A stretch of 64,000 nucleotides of DNA from a candidate division WWE3 bacterium (GTDB lineage Bacteria > Patescibacteriota > WWE3 > UBA101185 > UBA10185): positions 459,338 to 523,337 of the forward strand of contig JBPOHV010000001.1 in the NCBI GenBank assembly GCA_052035175.1. Reading direction: 5' to 3'. The notes under the pieces were generated by a model. It searched no databases and had not been told where the DNA came from. It worked only from the letters and a program-made list of their open reading frames with translations. The position numbers and the translations under genes were made by a program. Shown piece after piece: positions 53,601 to 62,135 of this stretch (position 1 is its first letter; every line of letters starts with the position of its first letter).

Positions 53601-56477
53601 TGGTATTGATAACGAGGCACTTCCAGAGTTATCCAAAGTTCCGTCAATATAAATTTTCATAGTAGAACCATCGTATGTAGCAGCTATATGATGCCAGCTA
53701 GTATTTTGTGACGTAGTTGCCGATTGCAAATACCCATTGTTTCCATAAGACCAAATAGCAGCATCTACATTTGCACTTTCACCTAATCCAGCATAAAGTT
53801 TGCCTTTGTAAACACTTAAAGAGTGTACGCTTTCAGATGCATTAATATCCCAGCTAGAATTTAAGGCATCGCCTCCGACTTGTGCCCATGTTGAACCATC
53901 GTATTTCCATACTTCTGATTCTCCTGCTGTAGTACCAAGGCCAGCATAAATGTCCCCATTATAAGAAGCTAGTGCTCTGAGTCTTTCATAAGTTCCTGCT
54001 GTCCAACTTCCTCCAATATCGTCGCCACCTATTTGTGTCCAAGCAGCGCCATCCCATTTCCATAAATCAGCATCACCTGCTGTTGTACCTAATCCTGCAT
54101 ATATTTCACTGTTATGTACAATCAGTGTTTCTACTATTTCATGTAAAGATGCCCATCCAGAATTTGTGCTGTCGCCTCCTATTTTAGTCCATGCAGTGCC
54201 ATTAAAACTCCAAACCTCAGCATCCCCAGCAGTGTTACCAATGCCTGCGTAAACAACCCCATTATAAGAGGTCATACTATACACAGCTTCAAAATTTGTT
54301 GTCCAACCAGAGTTAAGACTGTCTCCTCCAACTTTTTCCCACACTGTCCCATTCCATCGCCACACTTCTGCATCATTTGCAGACAACCCCAAACCTGCGT
54401 ATAAATATCCTCCTGAAACTGTCATGCTTTGCACTGTTTCAAAACCGGTATTCCAACCCGAGTTTAAATTGTCACCTCCAACTTGTGTCCAAGTTGTACC
54501 GTTGTAGCTCCAAACTTCCGCGTCGTTGGCGGTTGATCCAATACCCACATATAAATCTCCATTATAGCTTCGCATAGAGAATACGCCTTCATATGTAGCA
54601 GCTGACCAGCTACTATTTACTCCTTGCCCACCAACAATTGCCCAAGAACTACCGTCGTATTCCCATACTAATGCATTGCCTGCAACGGTATACCCGGTAC
54701 CAGCATACAGTTTACCGTTGTGAGTTTTCATAACTTCTACACTTTGCAAATTATAAAAGCCCCAACTTTTGTTAATATAATTTCCGCCTATTCTGGTCCA
54801 AGCAGATCCATTCCAAGTCCAGAATTCTCCTGAAGCTGATGCTGCTGTAGTTCCTGTATATAAAGTCCCGCCAGTATAAAGAAGCGTATTTATTATTGTA
54901 TGTGTATTTGTAAATCCAGAATTTATAGCATCTCCACCAATTTTGGTCCAAGCAGAACCATTCCAACGCCATACTTCATTGTCACCTGCTGTTGTACCAA
55001 GCCCTGCGTAAATATTAGTACCATCACTCTCTAATGCGTAAACACCTTCATAATTTGTAGTCCACCCAGAATTTGTGCTGTCGCCTCCTATTTTGGTCCA
55101 GCTGCCACCTGTATACTGCCAAACTTCTGCATCATTTGCCGAATTTCCTAGGCCTGCATACAAACTAGTACCAGCATATTCCATTGTAAGGACTTGTTCA
55201 TAATCAGTATTCCAGCTAGAGTTTGTCCCATCTCCGCCAATTTTGGTCCAAGCAGATCCATTCCAGCTCCAAATCTCTGCGTCTGTCGTACTGCTTCCTA
55301 AGGCTGCATATACTGTAGATCCGTCATTAACCAGTTTCATTACTGTCTCAAAATTTGTAGTCCATCCTGAGTTTATACTATCTCCACCTATTTTGGTCCA
55401 AGCAGATCCATTCCAGCTCCAAACCTCCGCATCATTAGCACTACTACCAGTACCAGCGTACAAAGTTGAACCCATATATGTAAGAGTAGCAATATATTCA
55501 TAAGTTCCTACTGCCCAGCTTGAATTGATGGCATCGCCACCAATTTTAGTCCAACTGTTACAACCAGTACTTGTATTGCAATACCAAACTTCAGCATCTC
55601 CTGCGGTTATACCAATACCTATATATAAGTTTGTACCATCTGTTGCCATAGCAGAAACAGTCTCAAACGTTTGAGCTGCCCAGCTTGAATTAATGGCATC
55701 GCCACCCACTTGTTCCCAAATAGTCCCATCCCATTTCCAGACTTCTGCATCACCTGCAGCATTTCCTAAGCCAACATAAATGTTGCTCCCAACAACAATA
55801 GATGAATTTACATCCAGTTTTCCGTTTAAATCCCAACTTTCGTTTATATCAAGGCCAGCTCTTTGAGTCCAATCTGTTTCTGTGGTATTAACTAACTCAT
55901 ACGTCACTTTACCTGTTTCATTGTCGTAATAAAGTTTGTAATCACCTTTATCGATAATACCTTGTTCATATTCGGTACTTCCTGCAGAAAATGCTGTTCC
56001 AAACTTTGTCCAAGCTTCCAAAGTATTTGATTGGCTAAGTGATAAAGATGAGCTATCTGGTATAGATATTTTTTTTGTAAGTCCATCCAATGAAAATGCG
56101 TTGTTTAGATTACCTGTAGTCCAAGAAGCAATTGATGCAGTACCGTCGTTATTATTTGCAGATGCATCGTCTACAGTTGTTCCGCTAGACTCATCTAAGT
56201 GCCACAGACCCATTGTATTAGCGTCAGTTGTATAATTTTGTACTTTAAGTCTCGCAGTATTGCTACTTACTTCTATTGCTGCAGAGTCAGATAATGTGTA
56301 ATCACCAGAGCTAGCAAATGTCCAAGCTTGGCTTACATATCCAGCAGCTAATGCTTTTAAATAGGTTTGAGTTAATACAACAGTAAAACATATTAAAACC
56401 AAAGATATTACAACGTAAGTAATTTTTTTCTTTGTATTGAAAAACTTATAAAAGATTAATGGCAGCTTTTGTATCAT
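50628..56477 (-). CDS. Giant (1949-aa) cell-surface protein: N-terminal anchor, LamG/ConA-like domain, ~13 Kelch-like beta-propeller repeats, a second LamG-like domain, multiple FN3-like domains
   Basis: N-terminal TM. Repeats have the form DAEVW.WNGSAWTKIGGD..NSGW...YE.V.....G..LYAG.G. FN3-like segments include YYLRIQAKDNAQN. Its stop overlaps the ABC ATPase start by 4 nt. Confidence 0.7.
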   Translation of the reverse strand: MIQKLPLIFYKFFNTKKKITYVVISLVLICFTVVLTQTYLKALAAGYVSQAWTFASSGDYTLSDSAAIEVSSNTARLKVQNYTTDANTMGLWHLDESSGTTVDDASANNNDGTASIASWTTGNLNNAFSLDGLTKKISIPDSSSLSLSQSNTLEAWTKFGTAFSAGSTEYEQGIIDKGDYKLYYDNETGKVTYELVNTTETDWTQRAGLDINESWDLNGKLDVNSSIVVGSNIYVGLGNAAGDAEVWKWDGTIWEQVGGDAINSSWAAQTFETVSAMATDGTNLYIGIGITAGDAEVWYCNTSTGCNSWTKIGGDAINSSWAVGTYEYIATLTYMGSTLYAGTGSSANDAEVWSWNGSAWTKIGGDSINSGWTTNFETVMKLVNDGSTVYAALGSSTTDAEIWSWNGSAWTKIGGDGTNSSWNTDYEQVLTMEYAGTSLYAGLGNSANDAEVWQYTGGSWTKIGGDSTNSGWTTNYEGVYALESDGTNIYAGLGTTAGDNEVWRWNGSAWTKIGGDAINSGFTNTHTIINTLLYTGGTLYTGTTAASASGEFWTWNGSAWTRIGGNYINKSWGFYNLQSVEVMKTHNGKLYAGTGYTVAGNALVWEYDGSSWAIVGGQGVNSSWSAATYEGVFSMRSYNGDLYVGIGSTANDAEVWSYNGTTWTQVGGDNLNSGWNTGFETVQSMTVSGGYLYAGLGLSANDAEVWRWNGTVWEKVGGDSLNSGWTTNFEAVYSMTSYNGVVYAGIGNTAGDAEVWSFNGTAWTKIGGDSTNSGWASLHEIVETLIVHNSEIYAGLGTTAGDADLWKWDGAAWTQIGGDDIGGSWTAGTYERLRALASYNGDIYAGLGTTAGESEVWKYDGSTWAQVGGDALNSSWDINASESVHSLSVYKGKLYAGLGESANVDAAIWSYGNNGYLQSATTSQNTSWHHIAATYDGSTMKIYIDGTLDNSGSASLSIPNTAKAVLLGTTYGSTSQGSPQGFFNGNIDEVRISNTALPSFNTTAYSTSAQTIQNATAVFTEDIYTYTGFVVSETANGGAITYRLSNDGGTTWKYWDGGAWATSASTAQANASSTIDTNIDTFSISSSGIKWQAILDGDGTQAVTLNSITVEAEADTTNPNPPSSLTALNVSGGGTSLTTNTWYTYTTPYFSWSGASDTEAGVAGYYVYFGTDNTATPSTAGVFQVGTSYSASGLSSGSTYYLRIQAKDNAQNLSTVYAPFIYKFDNTNPSNPSTVTVTPSGYASTNSFTFSWPSSGDGIASDTGSGLAGYQYKTGAPSGDLSDWSSTTASTSIDIPSAAYQTGANTFYLRVIDTAGNVSATPLQATYYYGGDGPSAPQFLTATPSTNTTNSFAFSWQIPATYSGDSSDLTYCYTVNTLPSVDTCTYTSAGATSVSASSFATQVGLNTFYLVAKNGDDVGGTINYGSYTSVSFTANTSAPGIPLNLEISDVSIKSTSAWRLALSWTAPTDVGSGVEEYEIYRSSDDSTYTLLASTTGSAYIDTSLEQETYYYKVKACDSVSNCGASTAAVSLLPTGKFTEAAALESEPEVTGITTKQATITWSTDRASDSKIQFGTSEGDYFDEEPSNSTQVTAHEITLTNLSPGTNYYAVAKWTDEDGNTGLTDEFTFETAPAPTVTDPTAKTVGINSVILQYTVNSSSKVKIYYGKTSAFGGSVELSTSTSETTYNTTIDSLEDGTKYYYKINTFDTEGEEYEGSILSFETLPRPKIDNVKIQQVKGSAQPAVLVSWSTNTEVSSIITYYPSSDASQARDEVNVKLVKGVHRLLIKGLFPETPYTMVVKGIDKAGNQASSDPQQLTTATDTRPPLISNLRVEGNIVNTSEQVATAQLVVSWDTDEPGTSQVEFGEGTGTTYSQKTQEDSNLTYNHVVVISGLNTSKVYHLRALSKDKATNEAKSIDTVSITPKSSDSALNLVITNLGEVFGFLGGLKK
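53700..55800 (-). repeat. Tandem ~141-150-bp nucleotide repeats inside the giant gene; some copies are near-identical
   Basis: For example 55231-55277 versus 55381-55427 (tctcc.cc.attttggtccaagcagatccattccagctccaaa.ctc), with similar units near 54781, 54931 and 55078. Confidence 0.6.
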
Positions 56478-56691
56478 AATTCATCGTTTACATCTTAATG
56501 TATATATTCAAGCCTTTACATAAATTATATCTTTAAAATACAACCAAGCACAAGACGCAAAACATGTATTTTTATTGTAATAAAAGCAATTTTCATAGAT
56601 CGTCATCTATATCACTTGTGTGATTGATTGATATCTTATATATCATAGGTTAAGACTATATAAATATTTACGTGTTAAAATAAAATGGCAT

Positions 56692-58107
56692 ATGTTTACA
56701 TTGCAACAATTATTTCTTTTTATTACCTCTACATTAGTAGCATTTTCTCCAGCAGCGACATACACCGAAGGTGTTGTCGGTCAACCTATATCATTTAACC
56801 CTGTAAAAGCAAAAACTCAGCACGAAATTGCTGTATCAAGATTGATTTACAGAGGTTTATTTAAATACGATATTTATGGTTCGTTAATACCAGATTTAGC
56901 TGATACCTGGGCAGTCTCCGAAGATGGATTGACTTATACAATTAAACTTAAGTCTAATCAAACATGGAATGATGGTAAACCAATATCTGCAGATGATTTA
57001 ATTTATACAGCTTTTAATTCTCCAAATCTTACAGGAGTTGCTACTGATAGAGTTGATCCGCTTACTGTTAGATACACGTTACCAAATAAATATGCCCCTT
57101 TTGTAAGTTTATTGACAATAGGAGTTATCCCAAATGGATCTTTAGAAAAAGATAACCCGATAAAGCCAACTTCGAGTGGAGATTTTAGCGTGGTGCGTAT
57201 AGATAAAACTGGTTCACTTATAAATGAAGTTGTTTTATACAATCCAAATACTCATATAAAAAGATTAAACTTTAAATATTATAGTAACGATGATGAAATA
57301 CTAGCTGCTGCCAAATTGGGCGAGATTGATGGCTTTCTTTTCAAAGACAACATAAATCTCGATAGATTTAACGAATACAAGTATCCAATGCAAGGTATTT
57401 TTTATGGCTTGTTCTTCAATATGTCTAATGACAACGTCAAAGAAGAGCTTTTTAGAAAGCAATTACGAAATACGCTAAATGTTGAAAGAATGATAGAAAC
57501 TCGAGGCATCTTGGTACAAGGGCCAATAAGTAGAAGTACTTTTACAGATCGCGCGCTAAATTTTAATCATTACGATCCGTTATTATCGGCCGATTTACTC
57601 GGCAAACAGCTGGTTTTGACGGTACCAGATATAGAAGGTCACATAAATTTGGCGGAAGAAATTAAAAATATTTGGGAAGACAAACTGAATATAGATGTGA
57701 CTATTCGCAAAATATCTCCTAGTGAAATCGACGAACGCGTCTTAAAACCCAGAAATTTTGAAGTACTGCTATACGGGCAAGAAGTAGGACGTGATCCTGA
57801 CAGATACAATACATTTCATTCGGCTCAAGCTCCTTACCCGGGTGCTAATATTAGTCAATTTAATCATGTAAGATCTGATCGTGCATTGGAGGAAGGAAGA
57901 AACGAACTCGACGATTCAAAACGTGTTACGCATTATAATGAGCTTCAAAAAGTCATAGATGAGCAAGTGCCAGTTATCTTTTTGTACCACCCTTATGATA
58001 GATACTATGTTTCAAAATATATAAGTGGAATAGGGGATAAGTATACTTTTGCTCCTGGTGATAGATTCTTAGACTTTTATAACTGGCAAAGAAAAAAGAT
58101 TAATTAA
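56692..58107 (+). CDS. ABC transporter substrate-binding protein, family 5 (peptide/nickel type) with a signal peptide
   Basis: LADTWAVSEDGLTYTIKLKSNQTWNDGKPISADDLIYT matches the SBP_bac_5 N-lobe signature. Confidence 0.6.
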   Translation: MFTLQQLFLFITSTLVAFSPAATYTEGVVGQPISFNPVKAKTQHEIAVSRLIYRGLFKYDIYGSLIPDLADTWAVSEDGLTYTIKLKSNQTWNDGKPISADDLIYTAFNSPNLTGVATDRVDPLTVRYTLPNKYAPFVSLLTIGVIPNGSLEKDNPIKPTSSGDFSVVRIDKTGSLINEVVLYNPNTHIKRLNFKYYSNDDEILAAAKLGEIDGFLFKDNINLDRFNEYKYPMQGIFYGLFFNMSNDNVKEELFRKQLRNTLNVERMIETRGILVQGPISRSTFTDRALNFNHYDPLLSADLLGKQLVLTVPDIEGHINLAEEIKNIWEDKLNIDVTIRKISPSEIDERVLKPRNFEVLLYGQEVGRDPDRYNTFHSAQAPYPGANISQFNHVRSDRALEEGRNELDDSKRVTHYNELQKVIDEQVPVIFLYHPYDRYYVSKYISGIGDKYTFAPGDRFLDFYNWQRKKIN

Positions 58108-58172
58108 TTGGTATACAAGCAAAATCCTTAGTATAATGCATTGGGGTGAGTGAGGGCTTACCCCTCTTTTAT

Positions 58173-58250
<78 letters not shown>

Positions 58251-58276
58251 TAATAAAGTTATGCTACTATATCTTT

Positions 58277-58618
58277 ATGATTACATTTGAAGTAGGAAAT
58301 AGCGAAAAACATAGTATTAACTTTGATTACGACATAATGTGGGGAGGGTTAACTATCTCAGTCGATGGCAAAGAACTTACGAAAACCAGAAAAATGGTAG
58401 TTGGAGAAACACCCTTTCAGTTTCAAATCGGAAACGAAGAAAAGCATGATGTTAGAATTTTACTAAATAACCCACTTGGTTTCGCATTTAGAGGTTCTAG
58501 TATGAAGGCATTTGTTGACGGAAAACTTATACATGAAGAACATATAGGCGCGTCCAGATTATTTATTATTATACTCGCTGTACTTCTTGCATTAACTGTA
58601 TATATGTCGTCTAGATAG
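58277..58618 (+). CDS. Hypothetical small protein with a C-terminal TM (ORF-track start 58208 lies inside the tRNA)
   Basis: MITFEV... ORF of 113 aa. Weak support. Confidence 0.35.
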   Translation: MITFEVGNSEKHSINFDYDIMWGGLTISVDGKELTKTRKMVVGETPFQFQIGNEEKHDVRILLNNPLGFAFRGSSMKAFVDGKLIHEEHIGASRLFIIILAVLLALTVYMSSR

Positions 58619-58751
58619 CGTTGATAAACGCACATTTCTTATTTTTTATCAAAGTTGTATCTAAAAGTTGAAATAAGTAACTTACCCATTTCATTTCATC
58701 AAAATCATTAATTTAGTTATAATTGGGACTTCAGTTAATAATTATACTTTT

Positions 58752-59216
58752 ATGTCAAAAACAAAAAGCACAAAGATTACATATATTAAAATAAAAGAAT
58801 GGCTTAGACGCTACTTTCCTGCAGAAATTACAGCAATTATCGGTGCTATGGCAGGTGGATTAATTACACACTATATTTTTGATAATCCAATTTTAACTGC
58901 TCTCGGAGGAACGTGGGGAGAAAATATAGGTTATTACGGCAAAATGTTGCATGTAGACATTAGAGCTAGAATAAAAGTAGATGAAACAATTACACTTACA
59001 GGCTTAGTCAAAGTTCTGCGAAATAGCTTTATCGAATTTGGCTTAGCCGAATATTTTGATAGCTTTTTGATAAGGCCATTAACAATGTACTTTTTTACTC
59101 AATGGGCAGGAAACATTAGTTTAGGTTTGTTCCTTGGCAAAATTAGTGCAGATATTACTTTTTATGCACCTACAATCTTTTTTTACGAATTTCGAAGAGA
59201 ATATTTAAAAGACTAA
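58752..59216 (+). CDS. Hypothetical protein
   Basis: Intact 154-aa ORF with hydrophobic segments. Confidence 0.4.
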   Translation: MSKTKSTKITYIKIKEWLRRYFPAEITAIIGAMAGGLITHYIFDNPILTALGGTWGENIGYYGKMLHVDIRARIKVDETITLTGLVKVLRNSFIEFGLAEYFDSFLIRPLTMYFFTQWAGNISLGLFLGKISADITFYAPTIFFYEFRREYLKD

Positions 59217-59249
59217 GTATAGATTTTTCACTGGTGTTATGTATGTACT

Positions 59250-60806
59250 TTATACTTTGTGCTTAGGTATTTTAAATAATGTAGCAGATTTAGTTTTTAT
59301 ATACCCTCTAATACTAGGCAACGCTCCTTTTTTTCTAGCGATATATACTACAAAGACTAACGTGAGTACTATTAGTAATAATACAATCAGGCTTATCAAT
59401 AAAATCATCAACGAATCGTAAAAACTAAAATTGGTAAAGTCTTTGCCAAGGATTTGACCTAATGGGACTGTTATTGCTTGAAGTGCATTTGGTGTAGTTT
59501 CTTGTATACTTTTAGGCAAGCTTGGCACAGCATCCTTTTTGCTGATTTGTGTTGTCTGGTCTTTGTCATTGTCGTCATCGTTGCTTTTTGATGGTTCAGG
59601 TTTATTTTCTGTAGTAAGCGCAGCCTCTTTTGACAACGTAAAAGTTGTATTTTTTGATGACTTAACAAAATAGCTTAATCCTGACTCTAATGAAAAGTTA
59701 TCGTTGTTATCACCACATTCATAATTAGTATAGTTTGCTTCAGTATTCTTTTCATAATAGCGAGTGTATTGAATTTCTGTAACTCCATCATATTCGCAAA
59801 GGTCACTGGCATTAGTAAACTGTGAGTTGCCTTCTATTAATGTTTTTGGAAAAGATATCAAATTCCATGAGGCTTTTAATTCGTATGTCATTGAGTTTAT
59901 GTCTGTCCATGAATCTAGTATGTCGTGTATATTTGCTTGCGGATTATCGACAGAAATAATATAACCTTCTCCAGCATTTATCTCAAAATCATTAAAAGGA
60001 AAACCTTTAACATGACCGTCCCACCCGCTATTCTTCCATCTATCAATCTCAGTTGCAAAGACACCTTCTGCATTTAATTTATCCAAAAGTTCTTTTGCTT
60101 TATTCCAACTATCTCCAGGTATACCTTTTGGTCCCCAAAATACAAAGTATGCTTTTTGTTTTTTTTCTGGTTTCCATGTACTGTAATCTGTTCCTTTTAA
60201 AAAATAAGAATGCGCTTCTTTTATCTCAAAGTTATTATCAGATGATCCACATTGATGTGACTTGTAGCCAGGTGATTCATCGATAGGTTTCAGTTGTTCT
60301 TCCATAGGTTCTGTATATGCAACTTCACTTAGTGTACTGCCTATATTTTTGCAAATGTCTTCTGCCTGAAAAATTTCATATTCTTCTTTAAATCCTTTTG
60401 GAAAGTTGATTAGGTTCCAACCAATACTTAATTCATATTCACTAGGTATATAGGTCTCATAATCATTTAGAATATTTTCGATATCAAGTTCGTTAGTAGT
60501 TATTTTCAGGAAATAACCTTCCTCAGCTTTAATATCAAAGTTATTAAATGGAAAATCTTTTATATGGCCATCCCATCCGCTATTTTTCCATCTATTTAAT
60601 TCTGTTGCTTGTATACCGTTGTTACTGAGTTTTTCCAATAATTCTTCTGCTGTATCCCAGTCGCTTGAGGGTTTTCCTGGTGTACCAAATTGTATCCAGT
60701 AATTGGTAGCAGCATTAATAGGTGCATTACCAAATAGTGTGAAAATAAACAAAAAAATAAAAAAAGCATTCAATTTATAAATAAAATGTTTAAATTGCAT
60801 GTTCAA
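59250..60806 (-). CDS. Secreted, C-terminally membrane-anchored protein with two tandem ~190-aa paralogous domains
   Basis: Signal peptide, then a duplicated block (RWKNSGWDGH.K.FPFN.F.I.A.EGY ... SWNLI.FPK). A Thr/Asp-rich linker is followed by a C-terminal TM and a KK tail. Confidence 0.5.
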   Translation of the reverse strand: MNMQFKHFIYKLNAFFIFLFIFTLFGNAPINAATNYWIQFGTPGKPSSDWDTAEELLEKLSNNGIQATELNRWKNSGWDGHIKDFPFNNFDIKAEEGYFLKITTNELDIENILNDYETYIPSEYELSIGWNLINFPKGFKEEYEIFQAEDICKNIGSTLSEVAYTEPMEEQLKPIDESPGYKSHQCGSSDNNFEIKEAHSYFLKGTDYSTWKPEKKQKAYFVFWGPKGIPGDSWNKAKELLDKLNAEGVFATEIDRWKNSGWDGHVKGFPFNDFEINAGEGYIISVDNPQANIHDILDSWTDINSMTYELKASWNLISFPKTLIEGNSQFTNASDLCEYDGVTEIQYTRYYEKNTEANYTNYECGDNNDNFSLESGLSYFVKSSKNTTFTLSKEAALTTENKPEPSKSNDDDNDKDQTTQISKKDAVPSLPKSIQETTPNALQAITVPLGQILGKDFTNFSFYDSLMILLISLIVLLLIVLTLVFVVYIARKKGALPSIRGYIKTKSATLFKIPKHKV

Positions 60807-60840
60807 ATTATAGTCTCGGAATTTTGTTTTGTAAATTTTA

Positions 60841-61464
60841 CTAAATAAGACTGTGCCAAAGGGCTATGCTTGCGTAAGTTTTGTAGGGGGACCAACCTTT
60901 TATAATATCTTCTATTTGATCTGGTGTAGGATCTGTTAAGTTATATACTTTTTCAATCCCGCGTTTTAACCCAAGATCACCAAATGAGAATATATTTTCT
61001 CTGTGCAAATTAAACATTAAAAACATTTCTGCAGTCCATTTTCCAATGCCTTTTACAGTTATTAACTCGGAAATTACATCTTCGTCGCTAAGGTTTTCTA
61101 GATTTGATAAATCTATTTGTTTATCAAAAACCTTTTGAGCTAAATCTTTTATATATTTTACTTTTGACCAAGATAAACCGATTTCACGCAATTTAATATC
61201 TTCAGTGTCCAAGATTGCTTTGGCCGTAGCAATACTGGGCTTATATAAATCAGTAAATCTGTTATATATCGAACTAGCCGCTTTCACAGATAATTGCTGT
61301 CCTATTATTGCTCTACACAAAGCGGTAAAGTAATCATTACCCCTAAACTCTTGCCAAGGTTTAAACCATTCATTCAAGTCTATATTTTGCAAAATAGCAT
61401 AAATCTTGGGATCGTTTGTTTTGTAGTGTTCTAATATGTCACTGAAATCAGTGCGCTTAAACAT
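60841..61464 (-). CDS. HhH-GPD superfamily DNA glycosylase (AlkA / 3-methyladenine glycosylase II-like)
   Basis: HhH VKGIGKWTAEMFLMF followed by the catalytic-Asp loop FSFGDLGLKRG. Confidence 0.75.
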   Translation of the reverse strand: MFKRTDFSDILEHYKTNDPKIYAILQNIDLNEWFKPWQEFRGNDYFTALCRAIIGQQLSVKAASSIYNRFTDLYKPSIATAKAILDTEDIKLREIGLSWSKVKYIKDLAQKVFDKQIDLSNLENLSDEDVISELITVKGIGKWTAEMFLMFNLHRENIFSFGDLGLKRGIEKVYNLTDPTPDQIEDIIKGWSPYKTYASIALWHSLI

Positions 61465-61488
61465 AAACTGAGTTTAGCATAATAGTCA

Positions 61489-62124
61489 TTGTCATTTTTT
61501 CTAGTAATAATCCATTATATAATTAACAATATGAATATAGATTCTTACCCATCAGATGAATTAGGAAGTTATCTCGAACACCGTTACCGCACTGCTGAGT
61601 ATTGGCTAGGTAAGCATCTGAAACTTTTAAAAAAGTTCGGACACGAAGATAAAGCAGCAGGTTGTGCGATTGCAGCAGTAGCTTTTACACATCAAGGTAA
61701 AAATAGAATAGATATACTTGATACATCTTTAGCATCGACATTACTTGGTAAGTGGCCGATATCTCCGGCTGATATTAGAAACGTGCAATTTAATACAGCC
61801 AACAAATTTGCACAATCCCCAGATTACAAGGCTACACTCTACGAAAGTTTATATTTAACTAATTTTCAAGCAATTGTTCAACCAACTGAAAGTATGTGGG
61901 TAGCATACACATCCAGAAATTCACAAGACTCAACAACCGGGCATGTTTTAGGTGCAATACATATTGGCCAAGATAAATGGGCTGTCGCGGACACAAGATA
62001 TATTCGCAATAAATTAGAACTAATCCCAAGTGTTGTCACTACAGAAGGTTTATACGATGAAGTAATGAGTTCAGCAAAAATCAATACAGACATTCATACT
62101 TATACATTTAGACCGTTTAAGTAG
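61489..62124 (+). CDS. Hypothetical protein (alternative start 61531)
   Basis: Intact ORF. No motif. Confidence 0.4.
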   Translation: MSFFLVIIHYIINNMNIDSYPSDELGSYLEHRYRTAEYWLGKHLKLLKKFGHEDKAAGCAIAAVAFTHQGKNRIDILDTSLASTLLGKWPISPADIRNVQFNTANKFAQSPDYKATLYESLYLTNFQAIVQPTESMWVAYTSRNSQDSTTGHVLGAIHIGQDKWAVADTRYIRNKLELIPSVVTTEGLYDEVMSSAKINTDIHTYTFRPFK

Positions 62125-62135
62125 ATATAAATACA

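Noticed and set aside
52000-56000. Internal plus-strand ORFs (53005..53355, 54377..54577, 55243..55503) as separate genes
   Set aside because: They are embedded in the giant minus-strand gene. Their repeated peptide (VQADPFQLQ) simply mirrors the DNA tandem repeat.
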